A DNA stretch of 64,000 nucleotides from an uncultured delta proteobacterium. Lineage in GTDB: Bacteria > Myxococcota_A > Polyangia > Polyangiales > B10-G4. The translations under genes and the position numbers were made by a program. The stretch lies in NCBI GenBank assembly GCA_963727445.1, contig CAVSGI010000021.1, forward strand, positions 192,001 through 256,000, given 5' to 3'. The notes under the pieces were generated by a model. The model was not told the origin of the DNA and searched no databases. It worked only from the letters and a program-made list of their open reading frames with translations. Below, in pieces: positions 38,739 to 48,171 of this stretch; the stretch's first letter is position 1, and each line of letters starts with the position of its first letter.

Positions 38739-39216
38739 TCAGTACTCGAAGCGGCCACCAAAGGAGAAATCGAAGGAGTCGTCGCTGGTCGCCGCGAAGC
38801 GGGCAAAGGGGGAGATGGTGATGGCGAAGACCTGGAAGCGTCCGGCCATCTCGATGCGGCCCCGCACCTCGACGTTCTGATTGGGGCGGACGAGCGGGCC
38901 CGCGGAGATCCCGATCTCTGATCTTCGGGTGCAGGTAGTGGCCGGCGCCGACCGCGAAGAAGTACTCGGGATGGTCCCCAATGGGGAGGGCTTCGGCCAC
39001 CACCTCGAAGGAGCCGCCGGTTCCGCCCGGATCGAGGAGCGCCTCGTAGCCCAGGGCGAAGGTCGAGGCGAAGCCGTTCTCGTCGACCTGGCTACCGACC
39101 TCGACGAAGAGGTGGTGGGTGCGCGCCCAGTACTCGGTCTCGTAGGCGGCGAGCTCCTCCGCGCTCGGCTCGATGCCGAAGATCTTCAGAAACACCAGGA
39201 CGAGCGCCGCGATCAC
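38739..39216 (-). CDS. Small outer-membrane beta-barrel-like protein, frameshift near 38919
   Basis: Removing base 38919 joins ...HYLHPKI to EIGISAGP...FSFGGRFEY*; terminal aromatic beta-signal. Confidence 0.7.
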
Positions 39217-39304
39217 CGGTCGGGAGAATAGCGACAGGGGACGCTCTTCGTCATCGCGTCATTTGCCGCGCGGCACGACCTTGGCCATGCTGGGCGAGCC
39301 GAAC

Positions 39305-39847
39305 GTGACCTACCGAAGCCAAGAGGATGCGCTCCGCGCCCAGCTCGAGAGCGAGAAGGCCCGCTCGAAGGAGCTCGCCGAGGAGCGGGACCGCCTCCTC
39401 AGCCGGGCGGAGCACGCGGAGGCCAAGGCGAAGCTCTATCGCCAGCTCATCGGCGTCTCCACCTGGGAGAGCGTCCGAGGATGGATCGGCGCAGTCGCCC
39501 TGCTCGGCGTGGCGGCCTTCGTCCTCGCGTTCTCCATCGCGGTCTACGGCGACGACCGGGTCGCGGAGCGCGTGGTTCTGATCTCGGTCGCTTCCTTCCT
39601 CTTCGGGCCGATGATGGCCTGGGCGCGGGCCAACCGACCCGTCGCGGGGATCGTCTTCCTGCTCTTCAAGAGCGGTCTCGTCGCGATCGCCGCGGTCACG
39701 TGGGGCTTCTTCCTTCCCTACGACGAGCAGCCGTGGGAGGCCTTCCGCTTCTTCTACTGGACGCCGGCCGGCCTCTGCGCCTTCACCATCGTCGAGGCGC
39801 TGCTGCTATGGGCCGGCGGCACCGTTCAATCCGCGGTGGAGAGCTGA
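39305..39847 (+). CDS. Membrane protein with N-terminal coiled coil
   Basis: TYRSQEDALRAQLE coiled coil followed by four TM segments; start uncertain. Confidence 0.75.
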   Translation: MTYRSQEDALRAQLESEKARSKELAEERDRLLSRAEHAEAKAKLYRQLIGVSTWESVRGWIGAVALLGVAAFVLAFSIAVYGDDRVAERVVLISVASFLFGPMMAWARANRPVAGIVFLLFKSGLVAIAAVTWGFFLPYDEQPWEAFRFFYWTPAGLCAFTIVEALLLWAGGTVQSAVES

Positions 39848-39856
39848 GGGATCTCC

Positions 39857-40244
39857 GTGCTGCCCTACGTGCGCTTCGTTCATCTCGTCGCCGTCTCCGT
39901 CTGGACCGGCGGGTTGATCGTGCTGGCCGCCCTCGTCGTGGCGCTCCGGCGCGCGGGGGCGACGCGAGAGCACCTGCGCGCGGCGGCGCGTCAATTTCGG
40001 GCGGGTGTCGTGGACGGCGATGGCTTTCGCGATCGCGACCGGCATCGCCCAGGTCGAGCTCATGGGCATGAGCTGGCGCTACGGCCGCCTGCACCTGAAG
40101 CTCGGCCTGGTCGCCCTCACCTTCCTCCTGGCCCTCGTCCACCAATTCACGGCGACGAAGTCCTCTCCGGCCGTCCGCGGCATCTTCCAGCTCGCGGTGC
40201 TCCTGACGAGCCTCGGCATCTTCGCCGCCGCGGTCGCGCTCTGA
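39857..40244 (+). CDS. Small four-TM CopD-like protein, frameshift at TTT 39995-39997
   Basis: HLVAVSVWTGG N-terminus; removing one T gives ARQFGRVSWTA...KLGLV...LVH...AAVAL*. Confidence 0.72.
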
Positions 40245-40279
40245 CCCCGCGCGCCGCCGATTCGTCGTAGTCTGGGCCC

Positions 40280-41116
40280 ATGTCGGACGACGGCGGTCGC
40301 CTCGAAAGCATCCTCGAAGCCTCGCGCTCCATCGACGGGCCCGTCGTGCTGCTCACCGGCGCCGGGATCAGCGCGGAGAGCGGGATCCCCACCTTCCGCG
40401 GCGAGGAGGGGTACTGGACCGTGGGCTCCAAGAACTTCCACCCGATGGAGCTGGCGACCTGGGAGTCCTTCACCAAGATGCCGGACGAGGTCTGGGCCTG
40501 GTACCTCTACCGGCGCGGCGTCTGCCGTGCGGCCGAGCCCAACGCCGGCCACCTCGCCATCGCCGCGCTCGAGAAGAAGCTCGAAGATCGCTTCGTGCTG
40601 ATCACCCAGAACGTCGACGGGCTTCACCTGCGCGCGGGCAGCACCCCCGAACGCACGTTTCAGATCCACGGGAACATCGACTTCATGCGATGCGCCGACG
40701 ACTGCAAGCTCGATCTGTACCCGATCCCCGACGAGGTCGAGGTGGCGTGGGACAAGGGGCGCAAGATGGACGTCGCCACGCGCGAGCTCCTCCTCTGCCC
40801 CGCTTGCGGGACCCGCGCGCGCCCGCACGTCCTTTGGTTCGACGAGTACTACGACGAAGAGCACTTCCGCTTCGAGAGCTCGCTTCAGGTGGCGTCGCGG
40901 GCGTCGGTGCTCCTCGTGGTCGGCACCACCGGCCGCACCAACCTGCCGCTTCATGTCGGCGGCATCGTCGCCCGTCGCGGCGCCCCGATGATCTTCGTGA
41001 ACCCCGAGCCGACTCCGTTCACGGACATGGTCGAGGCCAACCCCAACGGGCTCTACCTCGAGGGCACCGCCGCCGCGCACCTCCCGGCTCTGATCGACGC
41101 CCTCGGCGCGCTCTGA
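40280..41116 (+). CDS. cobB: NAD-dependent protein deacylase, sirtuin class III
   Basis: GAGISAESGIPTFRG, WYLYRR (YxxR), TQNVDGLH, HG, Zn-binding Cys pairs, RPHVLWFDE. Confidence 0.93.
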   Translation: MSDDGGRLESILEASRSIDGPVVLLTGAGISAESGIPTFRGEEGYWTVGSKNFHPMELATWESFTKMPDEVWAWYLYRRGVCRAAEPNAGHLAIAALEKKLEDRFVLITQNVDGLHLRAGSTPERTFQIHGNIDFMRCADDCKLDLYPIPDEVEVAWDKGRKMDVATRELLLCPACGTRARPHVLWFDEYYDEEHFRFESSLQVASRASVLLVVGTTGRTNLPLHVGGIVARRGAPMIFVNPEPTPFTDMVEANPNGLYLEGTAAAHLPALIDALGAL

Positions 41117-41229
41117 GCGGCCCGTCCAGCAGCCGCTTACGCGAGCGGATTAGCCACCTCGTTGTCCGAATTGTCGCGTGATCGCCGCATGCGTCTTCGG
41201 GTACGGGCTTTGCTCTGGCCTCGGCGTCC

Positions 41230-42280
41230 ATGCTTCGCCTCTCGCTTTCGGCGACGGTGCTCGGCTCCGCCGTGCTCCTCGCCACCTCCTGCGCCATGCC
41301 CGCCGCGGACGGCGCCACGGCATCGATCTGCGACCGCGCCGCGGACCATCTCGCCGAGTGCGCTGGCGTCGAGCTCGCGGGGCCCGTCACCTGCGACGAG
41401 CGCGACGCGCCAGAGGCCGAGCGCCTGCTCTCCATGAGCTGCGCGGAGCTCGACGACCCCAAGGCGGACGGCGGCCTTCGGTGCAGCTGGCTCGGGCGAA
41501 AGCTCGGGATGTGCGTGCGGGTGGCGAACGACGAGGAGCTGCTGACGCAGATGGGAGCCGCCGGGCGCGAGACCCTCGACGGCGACTTCGAGGTCCTGCT
41601 CTGGAACGTCTACAAGGGCGGCGAGGAGAGCTGGGACGCCGACATGCGCGCCATCGGCAAAGGCTTCGAGCTCTTCATGGTCCAGGAGTTCTTCCTCGAC
41701 GAGGACTCCCGCCAGACCTTCGCGGAGGCGAGTGACGCGCCCGCCGAGTGGCTCTTCGCGTCGAGCTTCTTCGACGACGAGGACGTGCCCACCGGCGTCG
41801 CGACGGGGTCGCTGATCGCGAGCGGGAGCGCGCTCCCGATGCGCAGCCCGGTCCTCGAGCCGGTGCTCTCCACACCGAAGATGGCGCTCATCACCACCTA
41901 CGATCTCGGCTGGCACGAAGAGGACCTCCTGGTGGTGAACGTCCACGCGATCAACTTCCGTCTCGGCGGCGCCTTCGAAGAGCACATGGCGCTCATCGAA
42001 GGGACGATCTCCGGACACGCGGGGCCGATGATCATGGCCGGCGACTTCAACACCTGGTCGCCCGGGCGCCAGAGCACGCTGCGGGAGATGGCGGAGCGCC
42101 TCGGGCTCGAAGAGGTGCAGCCCGACGCCGACGAGCGAGGCCTGATGAAGCTCGACCACGTCTTCACCCGCGGCCTCGCGGTGCACGGGGCGCGCTTCGT
42201 GAACGGTCTCGACAGCTCCGACCACGCGCCTATCGGACTTTCAGTCGGCCCGATTCGACGGACCGGCGCCCTCCGCGCCC
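41230..42280 (+). CDS. EEP (endonuclease/exonuclease/phosphatase, YafD-like) lipoprotein; end uncertain, no nearby stop
   Basis: Lipobox ATSC, PKADG, WNVYK, QE, NVHAINF, AGDFNTWS, LDHVF, SDHAP; after ~42250 the reading frame turns Arg-rich and non-coding-like. Confidence 0.8.
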
Positions 42281-43747
42281 GTGCCCGAAACCGACGACAG
42301 ACCGAAACCGACCTACGCCCTCGCGGCCTGGCTCTACCCGCGCGCACTCGCCATCGTCACCGTCATCGCTTTCGTCTCGATCTGGGTTCAGATCGACGGG
42401 CTCTTCGGCGACGGAGGCATCGCCCCGGTCTCGGACTTCGTCTCGCGCCTCGACGCGGGGGACGTCTCCTTCTTCGAGCTCCCCACGCTGCTTCGCTTCG
42501 CGGGCTCGGCCGGCTTCATGAAGCTTCTGGCGGCCGTCGGCGTGGTGGCGAGCGCGACCCTCTTCGCCGGTGTCCTTCCGCGCACCTCGCTGCTCGTCGC
42601 CTGGGCCTGTTACCTGTCGATCGTGAACGCCGGCTTCCCCTTCATGGCGTTCCAGTGGGACATCCTCCTCTGCGAGGTGCTCCTCGCGTCGGTGGTCTTC
42701 GTGGCGCCCGTGCGCATCGACCGCCGCGAGGCGAGCCCGCCCCCGGCGCTCGCCCAGTGGGTGCCCTGGCTCTTGCTCTTCCGGCTCATGTTCCGCTCGG
42801 GCGTCGTGAAGCTGGCCTCCGGGGACGAGGCCTGGGCCAACCTCACGGCGCTCTCGTACCACTACGAGACCCAGCCCCTGCCCACCGTCTTCGGCTGGTA
42901 CGCCCACCAGCTGCCCATGGCCTTTCAGAAGGTCAGCTGCGTCCTGATGTTCGTGGTCGAGCTCGTGCTGCCTTTTCTGATCTTCATCCCGCGCGCCTGG
43001 GCGCGGCGGACGGCCGCGGCCGGCTTCACCAGCCTGATGCTCCTGATCTTCACCACCGGGAACTATGGCTTCTTCAACCTGCTGACCCTCGTCCTGACCC
43101 TGACCCTCCTCGACGACCGCTTCCTCGCGTTGCTCCTGCCGAAGTGGCTCCTCCGCTGGCGAGAGGCGCGGCCCGAGGCGCCTGCCCGTGCGGAGTGGCA
43201 GGCCCGGGCGCGCAACGTCGGGGCCGGGGTGCTCATCGGGATCGCGAGCGTGGGCTTCCTCGGCGGTCTCTTCTGGATCGATGGCGTCGACCCCCTGTCG
43301 CCGCTCCGGCCTCTGCGCAGCTTCAACGACTACGGCCTCTTCGCGGTGATGACCACCACCCGCCCCGAGGTCCAGATCGAAGGGAGCCAGGACGGGGAGA
43401 GCTGGCGGCCCTACGTCTTCCGCTACAAGGTCGGCCCCTTGGGCCGGGCGCCCGTCTGGAACAACCCCCACCAGCCGCGCCTGGACTGGCAGATGTGGTT
43501 CGCCGCCCTCGGGGACTACCGGCAGAACCCCTGGCTCATCCGGCTCATGCAGCGGCTCGGCGCGCAGGACCCCGACGTGCTCGGCTTGATGGAAGGGGAC
43601 CCCTTCGAGGGGGAGGAGCCGCCGCGGTACATGCGCGCCCGGCTCTTCGACTACCGGATGACCACCACCCAACAGAAGGCCGCGTCGGGGGACTGGTGGA
43701 CCCGCGAGCTCCTCGGTCCCTACACGCCGATCCTGACATTGCATTGA
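42281..43747 (+). CDS. Lipase maturation factor family membrane protein
   Basis: FQWDILLCE, FRLMFRSGVVKL, YHYETQPLP, TGNYGFFN, YGLFAVMT, PHQPRLDWQMWFAA. Confidence 0.95.
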   Translation: MPETDDRPKPTYALAAWLYPRALAIVTVIAFVSIWVQIDGLFGDGGIAPVSDFVSRLDAGDVSFFELPTLLRFAGSAGFMKLLAAVGVVASATLFAGVLPRTSLLVAWACYLSIVNAGFPFMAFQWDILLCEVLLASVVFVAPVRIDRREASPPPALAQWVPWLLLFRLMFRSGVVKLASGDEAWANLTALSYHYETQPLPTVFGWYAHQLPMAFQKVSCVLMFVVELVLPFLIFIPRAWARRTAAAGFTSLMLLIFTTGNYGFFNLLTLVLTLTLLDDRFLALLLPKWLLRWREARPEAPARAEWQARARNVGAGVLIGIASVGFLGGLFWIDGVDPLSPLRPLRSFNDYGLFAVMTTTRPEVQIEGSQDGESWRPYVFRYKVGPLGRAPVWNNPHQPRLDWQMWFAALGDYRQNPWLIRLMQRLGAQDPDVLGLMEGDPFEGEEPPRYMRARLFDYRMTTTQQKAASGDWWTRELLGPYTPILTLH

Positions 43748-43810
43748 CCCGGCCGGTGTTATCTTGAGGCGAGTCAAGCGCCCCGCGACGAAGCGGCAGG
43801 CGAAAGGAGT

Positions 43811-44227
43811 GTGAGCATCGTGTTTCGCGTTCCGACTTATCTGTCCGAGAGCAGTCTGCACGGCCTGGGTGTGTTCACTCCCCAGCCGATACCGAGGAAC
43901 ACCATCATCTGGGAGTTCAACGCGTCCATCGATTGGCGCCTCGACCCCCGGATGATCGAAGCCTTCCCGGAGCCCTACCGTTCGGCCTATCGCTCCTGGT
44001 GCTACCTGGAGGAGGACGGGATGCTGGTTCTCTGCGGCGACAACGCCCGCTTCATGAACCACTCCTTCGAGCCCAATTGCGACGACGCGACCGGCCCTCA
44101 TACGGTCACCCTCCGCGACATCGACGCGGGCGAAGAGCTCACCTGCGACTATCGCAGCTTCGACGAGGAGTCGAAGCAGAGCGGGCTCGTCGAGTGGCTC
44201 GCGGTACGCCACGCCATGCGACGTTGA
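43811..44227 (+). CDS. SET domain protein (putative lysine methyltransferase)
   Basis: HGLGVF, RFMNHSFEPN, DIDAGEELTCDY; SD AAGGAG. Confidence 0.93.
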   Translation: MSIVFRVPTYLSESSLHGLGVFTPQPIPRNTIIWEFNASIDWRLDPRMIEAFPEPYRSAYRSWCYLEEDGMLVLCGDNARFMNHSFEPNCDDATGPHTVTLRDIDAGEELTCDYRSFDEESKQSGLVEWLAVRHAMRR

Positions 44228-44356
44228 GCTGAGCCTCGCGACCCGGGCCCGGGTACGGCGCCAACGTTTGCGGAGTGTCGACGTGGCGGCTGGGCCCATT
44301 GCGGCCTCCGTGGACAGCCGTAGTAACCTCGACGGGTCGGACGGAGGAACGGTCAG

Positions 44357-46192
44357 ATGCGCGCTCAAATGCTTTCTTTGCTCTTCTTGGGTCTCGCGGC
44401 GTGCGCTGTCGGGGCCCCGGAGGACGACGTCGGCGGGCGCGTCGAATGGATCGTCGACGGCACGCGGGACAGCACCCCGCAGGTGGTCGTGCTCTACAAC
44501 GCGCGAAGCGGCGGGCTCTGCACCGGCACCCTCATCGCGCCCCGGGTGGTCCTGACGGCGAAGCACTGCGTGCAGCAGGAGGACATGCCCGAGCCCGATC
44601 CGCCGGGCGCGTTCACCATCGGCGTCGGCGACAACAAGGACGACCTCACCGCCACCTATCGCGCCGTGGAGGTCACGGCGACGCCCGGGCCTTACGGCGC
44701 CCGACTCGCGGGGCTCACCGGGCACGACATCGGCCTGCTCACGCTGCAGACCGGCATCTCGGCGTTTCCGCCGATCGATCTGCATCGCGAGAACGCGGAC
44801 GACCTGGTCGGCAACACCATCGAAGCCGTCGGCTTCGGCGAGAGGCCCGACGGCCGCGCCGGCCTCAAGTACCGCGCCGAGGGTCGGGTCCGCCTCACCG
44901 ACGGCGAGGTCCTCTACATCAGCCCCATCCTCTGCCACGGCGACAGCGGCGGTCCGGTGATCGACGTGGATAGCGGTGAGCTCGTCGCGGTCAATTCTTT
45001 CATCACCACCGACACCTGCGGCGGCGGCGGCATCGCCGGGACGAATCGCGTCGACATCTTCCTCGACCTCATCGACGAGGTCGTCGGCAACTCCGGGGCC
45101 TGTCTCAACGACGGGGACGAGAAGTGCGACGGCTTCGACAACGACTGCGACAATCTGATCGACGAGACCTGCCTGCCCATCGGCACCGAGTGCTCCCTCG
45201 ACGAGGAGTGCCTCGGGACCAACTGTGCCGACACCCCCGCCGGGCGTCGCTGCACCGTCGAGTGCGATCCGCTCCGCCCCGTGCTCAGCTGCGAGACGGG
45301 CCTGTACTGCGCGCGCACCTCGGGCTGTGACGGTCTCTGCGTGCCGCGTCCGGAGATGTCCACGGGCGACCTCGTCGAGGGCGAGCCCTGCACCGCCGAC
45401 CTCGAGTGCCTTTCGTTCTTCTGTGCCGACCCGGGCGACGGGAACCGCCGCTGCCTGACGCCGTGCCGTGGCAACGACGGGACCTGCTATGCCGGCGAGG
45501 TCTGCGCGGCGGCCGCGGGCTCCTGCGGCGGCTGCGTGGACGAGGCCATCGTCCGCGGTCTGCGTGGTCTCGGCGAGGGCTGCGCCGAGGACGCGGAGTG
45601 CGCATCCGGCGCCTGTCTGGAGGACATCCCCGGGCTCAGCTACTGCTCGGCCGCTTGCGAGAGCGACACCGACTGCGGCAGCGCCACCCGCTTCCACTGC
45701 CGCGACGGAATGTGCATTCGCGGCGCCATCGGGGGCACGGGCGACAGCTGCTTCGTGAACGGCGACTGCCGCGGCGAGCTCTTCTGCGCGTCGCGGGCGG
45801 GCACGAGCTGGTGCACCACCTTCTGCTCCATGGACAACCCCTGCCCCGAAGGCTTCGACTGCACCGAGGTGCGCGACGCCAGCCTCTGCGTGCCGAGCTC
45901 GGGCGTGGTGGGGGATGCATGCACGGCCGATGACGACTGCATCTCCGGCGTTTGCGATCTCGAAGCTGGCATTTGCTCGCGCATCTGCGGGCCCGACGCG
46001 GCATGCGCGGGCGGCTTCGAGTGCCGCCGTACCGATGACGGGACCTCCGCGTACTGCGTTCCCCCGACCACCCCGCCCACGCCCAGGCTCGGCGGCGGCG
46101 GATGCTCTGCGTCGGGTCGCGAGAGCGGACTCGTCCCGGTGGCCTCGTTGCTCCTCTTCCTCTGGGGGAGGAGACGGCGTCGCCGGCGCTGA
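44357..46192 (+). CDS. S1 serine protease with Cys-rich repeats and MYXO-CTERM tail
   Basis: Lipobox LAAC; LTAKHC, DIGLL, GDSGGP triad; EKCDGFDNDCDNLIDE motif; ends GGGCSAS...LLLFLWGRRRRRRR. Confidence 0.92.
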   Translation: MRAQMLSLLFLGLAACAVGAPEDDVGGRVEWIVDGTRDSTPQVVVLYNARSGGLCTGTLIAPRVVLTAKHCVQQEDMPEPDPPGAFTIGVGDNKDDLTATYRAVEVTATPGPYGARLAGLTGHDIGLLTLQTGISAFPPIDLHRENADDLVGNTIEAVGFGERPDGRAGLKYRAEGRVRLTDGEVLYISPILCHGDSGGPVIDVDSGELVAVNSFITTDTCGGGGIAGTNRVDIFLDLIDEVVGNSGACLNDGDEKCDGFDNDCDNLIDETCLPIGTECSLDEECLGTNCADTPAGRRCTVECDPLRPVLSCETGLYCARTSGCDGLCVPRPEMSTGDLVEGEPCTADLECLSFFCADPGDGNRRCLTPCRGNDGTCYAGEVCAAAAGSCGGCVDEAIVRGLRGLGEGCAEDAECASGACLEDIPGLSYCSAACESDTDCGSATRFHCRDGMCIRGAIGGTGDSCFVNGDCRGELFCASRAGTSWCTTFCSMDNPCPEGFDCTEVRDASLCVPSSGVVGDACTADDDCISGVCDLEAGICSRICGPDAACAGGFECRRTDDGTSAYCVPPTTPPTPRLGGGGCSASGRESGLVPVASLLLFLWGRRRRRRR

Positions 46193-46210
46193 TCTACCCT
46201 CGCGCTCCAA

Positions 46211-46657
46211 ATGGAAGCGCTGGTCGGAACTTATCGTCTCGTCGACTGGGTATTCACCCTGGACGGCGTCATGCCCCGCCACCCCTTTGGCGCGGATGCG
46301 CGAGGGCTGCTCACCTATACGGCCGACGGGCGGATGTGGGCGGCGTTGATGCGCGCGGGGCGGCCCATGCTCGGCACGGGCTCGCTGCTCGAGGCGCCCC
46401 CGCACGACCAGGCCGCCGCTGCGGCGGGCTACCTGAGCTACGCGGGCAGCTATCGGGTGGAGGGACGAGAGGTCGTGCATCACGTGGAGATGAGCCTCTT
46501 TCCGGATTGGATCGGTGAGGATCAGCGACGGGGCTTCCGTTTCGACAAAGAGGACCTGGTCCTCACGACCCCCGAGACCATCACCTCCGACGGCAAGCGT
46601 GCGAAGAACGTGCTGAGATGGCGGCGCATCGCGGGCGACGAAGGGAGCGAGGGATGA
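46211..46657 (+). CDS. Lipocalin-like domain protein
   Basis: LVGTYRLV, GLLTYTADGRM, YLSYAGSY, FPDWIG, LRWRR. Confidence 0.85.
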   Translation: MEALVGTYRLVDWVFTLDGVMPRHPFGADARGLLTYTADGRMWAALMRAGRPMLGTGSLLEAPPHDQAAAAAGYLSYAGSYRVEGREVVHHVEMSLFPDWIGEDQRRGFRFDKEDLVLTTPETITSDGKRAKNVLRWRRIAGDEGSEG

Positions 46658-48156
46658 GCGCATTGGATGTTCGGGAGCAGGTGCGCTCGCTCGCGCCGCG
46701 TACGCAGTGCCTGATCGACGGCCGCTTCACCGACGCCGAGGACGGTCGAACCTTCGACGACGTCAACCCGGCGACGGGCGAGCTGACGGCGAAGGTGGCC
46801 TCGGGTGGGCCGGCGGACGTCGACCGGGCGGTGCATGCTGCGCGCGGCGCCTTCGAGGACGGGCGGTGGCGAAACATGCCGCCGCGCGCCCGGGGGCAGG
46901 CGCTCTTGCGGCTCGCGGAGCTCCTCGAGACGCATGGCGACGAGCTGGCGCTCCTCGAGACCGTCGACATAGGCAAGCCTCTTCGTTACACGAAGCGCGT
47001 CGATCTCGACCAGGCGCAGTACACGATGCGCTGGTTCGGCGAGCTCGCGGACAAGCTCTACGACTTCGTCGCGCCGACGCGACACGACGTCCGGGGCCTG
47101 ATCACGCGCGAGCCCCTCGGCGTGGTCGGCGCCATCACGCCGTGGAACTTCCCGATGATGATCACCGCGTGGAAGATCGCGCCGGCGCTCGTGAGCGGGA
47201 ACTCGGTGGTGCTCAAGCCCGCCGAGCAGTCGCCGCTGACCGCGCTTCGCATCGCGGAGCTCGCCCTCGAGGCGGGGATCCCCGAGGGCGTGCTCAACGT
47301 GGTGCCCGGGCTCGGCGAGACGGCGGGCAAGGCGCTCGGTCTTCATCCCGACGTGGACGCCGTCGCCTTCACCGGCTCCACCGAGGTCGGCAAGCTTCTC
47401 CTCGGCTACGCCGGGCAGAGCAACATGAAGCGGGTCTCCCTCGAGACCGGTGGCAAGACGCCGAACATCCTCTTCGAGGACCTGCCGGACCTCGACTACG
47501 CCCTTCAGGCGGTGGGCTTCAGCGTCTTCTGGAACACCGGGGAGATGTGCGTCGCGGGCTCCCGGCTCCTGGTGCAGCGCGGCCTGTACGACGCGGTCGT
47601 CGCGCGCCTGCCCGAGGTGGCGAAGGGGTGGCTTCCGGGCGATCCCCTCGATCCGAAGACGAAGGCCGGTCCGCTGATCAGCCCGGAGCACCTGGAAAAG
47701 GTCCTCGGGTACTTCGACCGGGGGCGCGATGAGGGCGCCGAAGTGGTGACCGGTGGTGTGCGCGCCCTCGAAGAGAGCGGCGGCTACTTCGTGCAGCCGA
47801 CGGTCTTCGCCGGCGCCAGCAACGACATGACCATCGCGCGCGAAGAAATCTTCGGGCCGGTGGTGACGGTGATCCCTTTCGATGACGAAGCCGAGGCGCT
47901 CGCGATCGCGAACGACACCCGTTACGGCCTGTCGGCGGCGGTGTGGACGGGAAACCTCGCGCGAGCGCATCGCATGTCACGCGATCTGCGCGCCGGGACG
48001 GTGTGGGTGAACTGCTTCGATCAGGCCGACATGACGGCGCCCTTCGGGGGCTTCAAGGAGTCGGGCTTCGGCGGCAAGGACAAGTCGCGATGGGCCGTGG
48101 AGAAGTACACGAACCAGAAGACGACGTGGATCAACTTCGGTAAAGGCGGCTCCTGA
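46654..48156 (+). CDS. Aldehyde dehydrogenase (PuuC-like)
   Basis: ITPWNFP, LKPAEQSP, FTGSTEVG, LETGGK, catalytic GEMC, EEIFGPV, PFGGFKESG. Confidence 0.96.
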   Translation: MSALDVREQVRSLAPRTQCLIDGRFTDAEDGRTFDDVNPATGELTAKVASGGPADVDRAVHAARGAFEDGRWRNMPPRARGQALLRLAELLETHGDELALLETVDIGKPLRYTKRVDLDQAQYTMRWFGELADKLYDFVAPTRHDVRGLITREPLGVVGAITPWNFPMMITAWKIAPALVSGNSVVLKPAEQSPLTALRIAELALEAGIPEGVLNVVPGLGETAGKALGLHPDVDAVAFTGSTEVGKLLLGYAGQSNMKRVSLETGGKTPNILFEDLPDLDYALQAVGFSVFWNTGEMCVAGSRLLVQRGLYDAVVARLPEVAKGWLPGDPLDPKTKAGPLISPEHLEKVLGYFDRGRDEGAEVVTGGVRALEESGGYFVQPTVFAGASNDMTIAREEIFGPVVTVIPFDDEAEALAIANDTRYGLSAAVWTGNLARAHRMSRDLRAGTVWVNCFDQADMTAPFGGFKESGFGGKDKSRWAVEKYTNQKTTWINFGKGGS

Positions 48157-48171
48157 CGCGCACGGGCTAGT

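Noticed and set aside
40280..41116. Sir2 as an anti-phage effector (Thoeris/DSR)
   Set aside because: Classical Zn-binding CobB deacylase with no defence partners.
41230..43767. 845-aa ORF as one protein
   Set aside because: The C-terminal ~500 aa are an Arg-rich off-frame read of the LMF gene.
42230..46663. 1477-aa minus-strand ORF, and similar long antisense ORFs (52893-55112, 61174-63753, 3850-5820)
   Set aside because: Shadow frames of well-supported genes on the opposite strand; stop codons are rare at this GC; no motifs.
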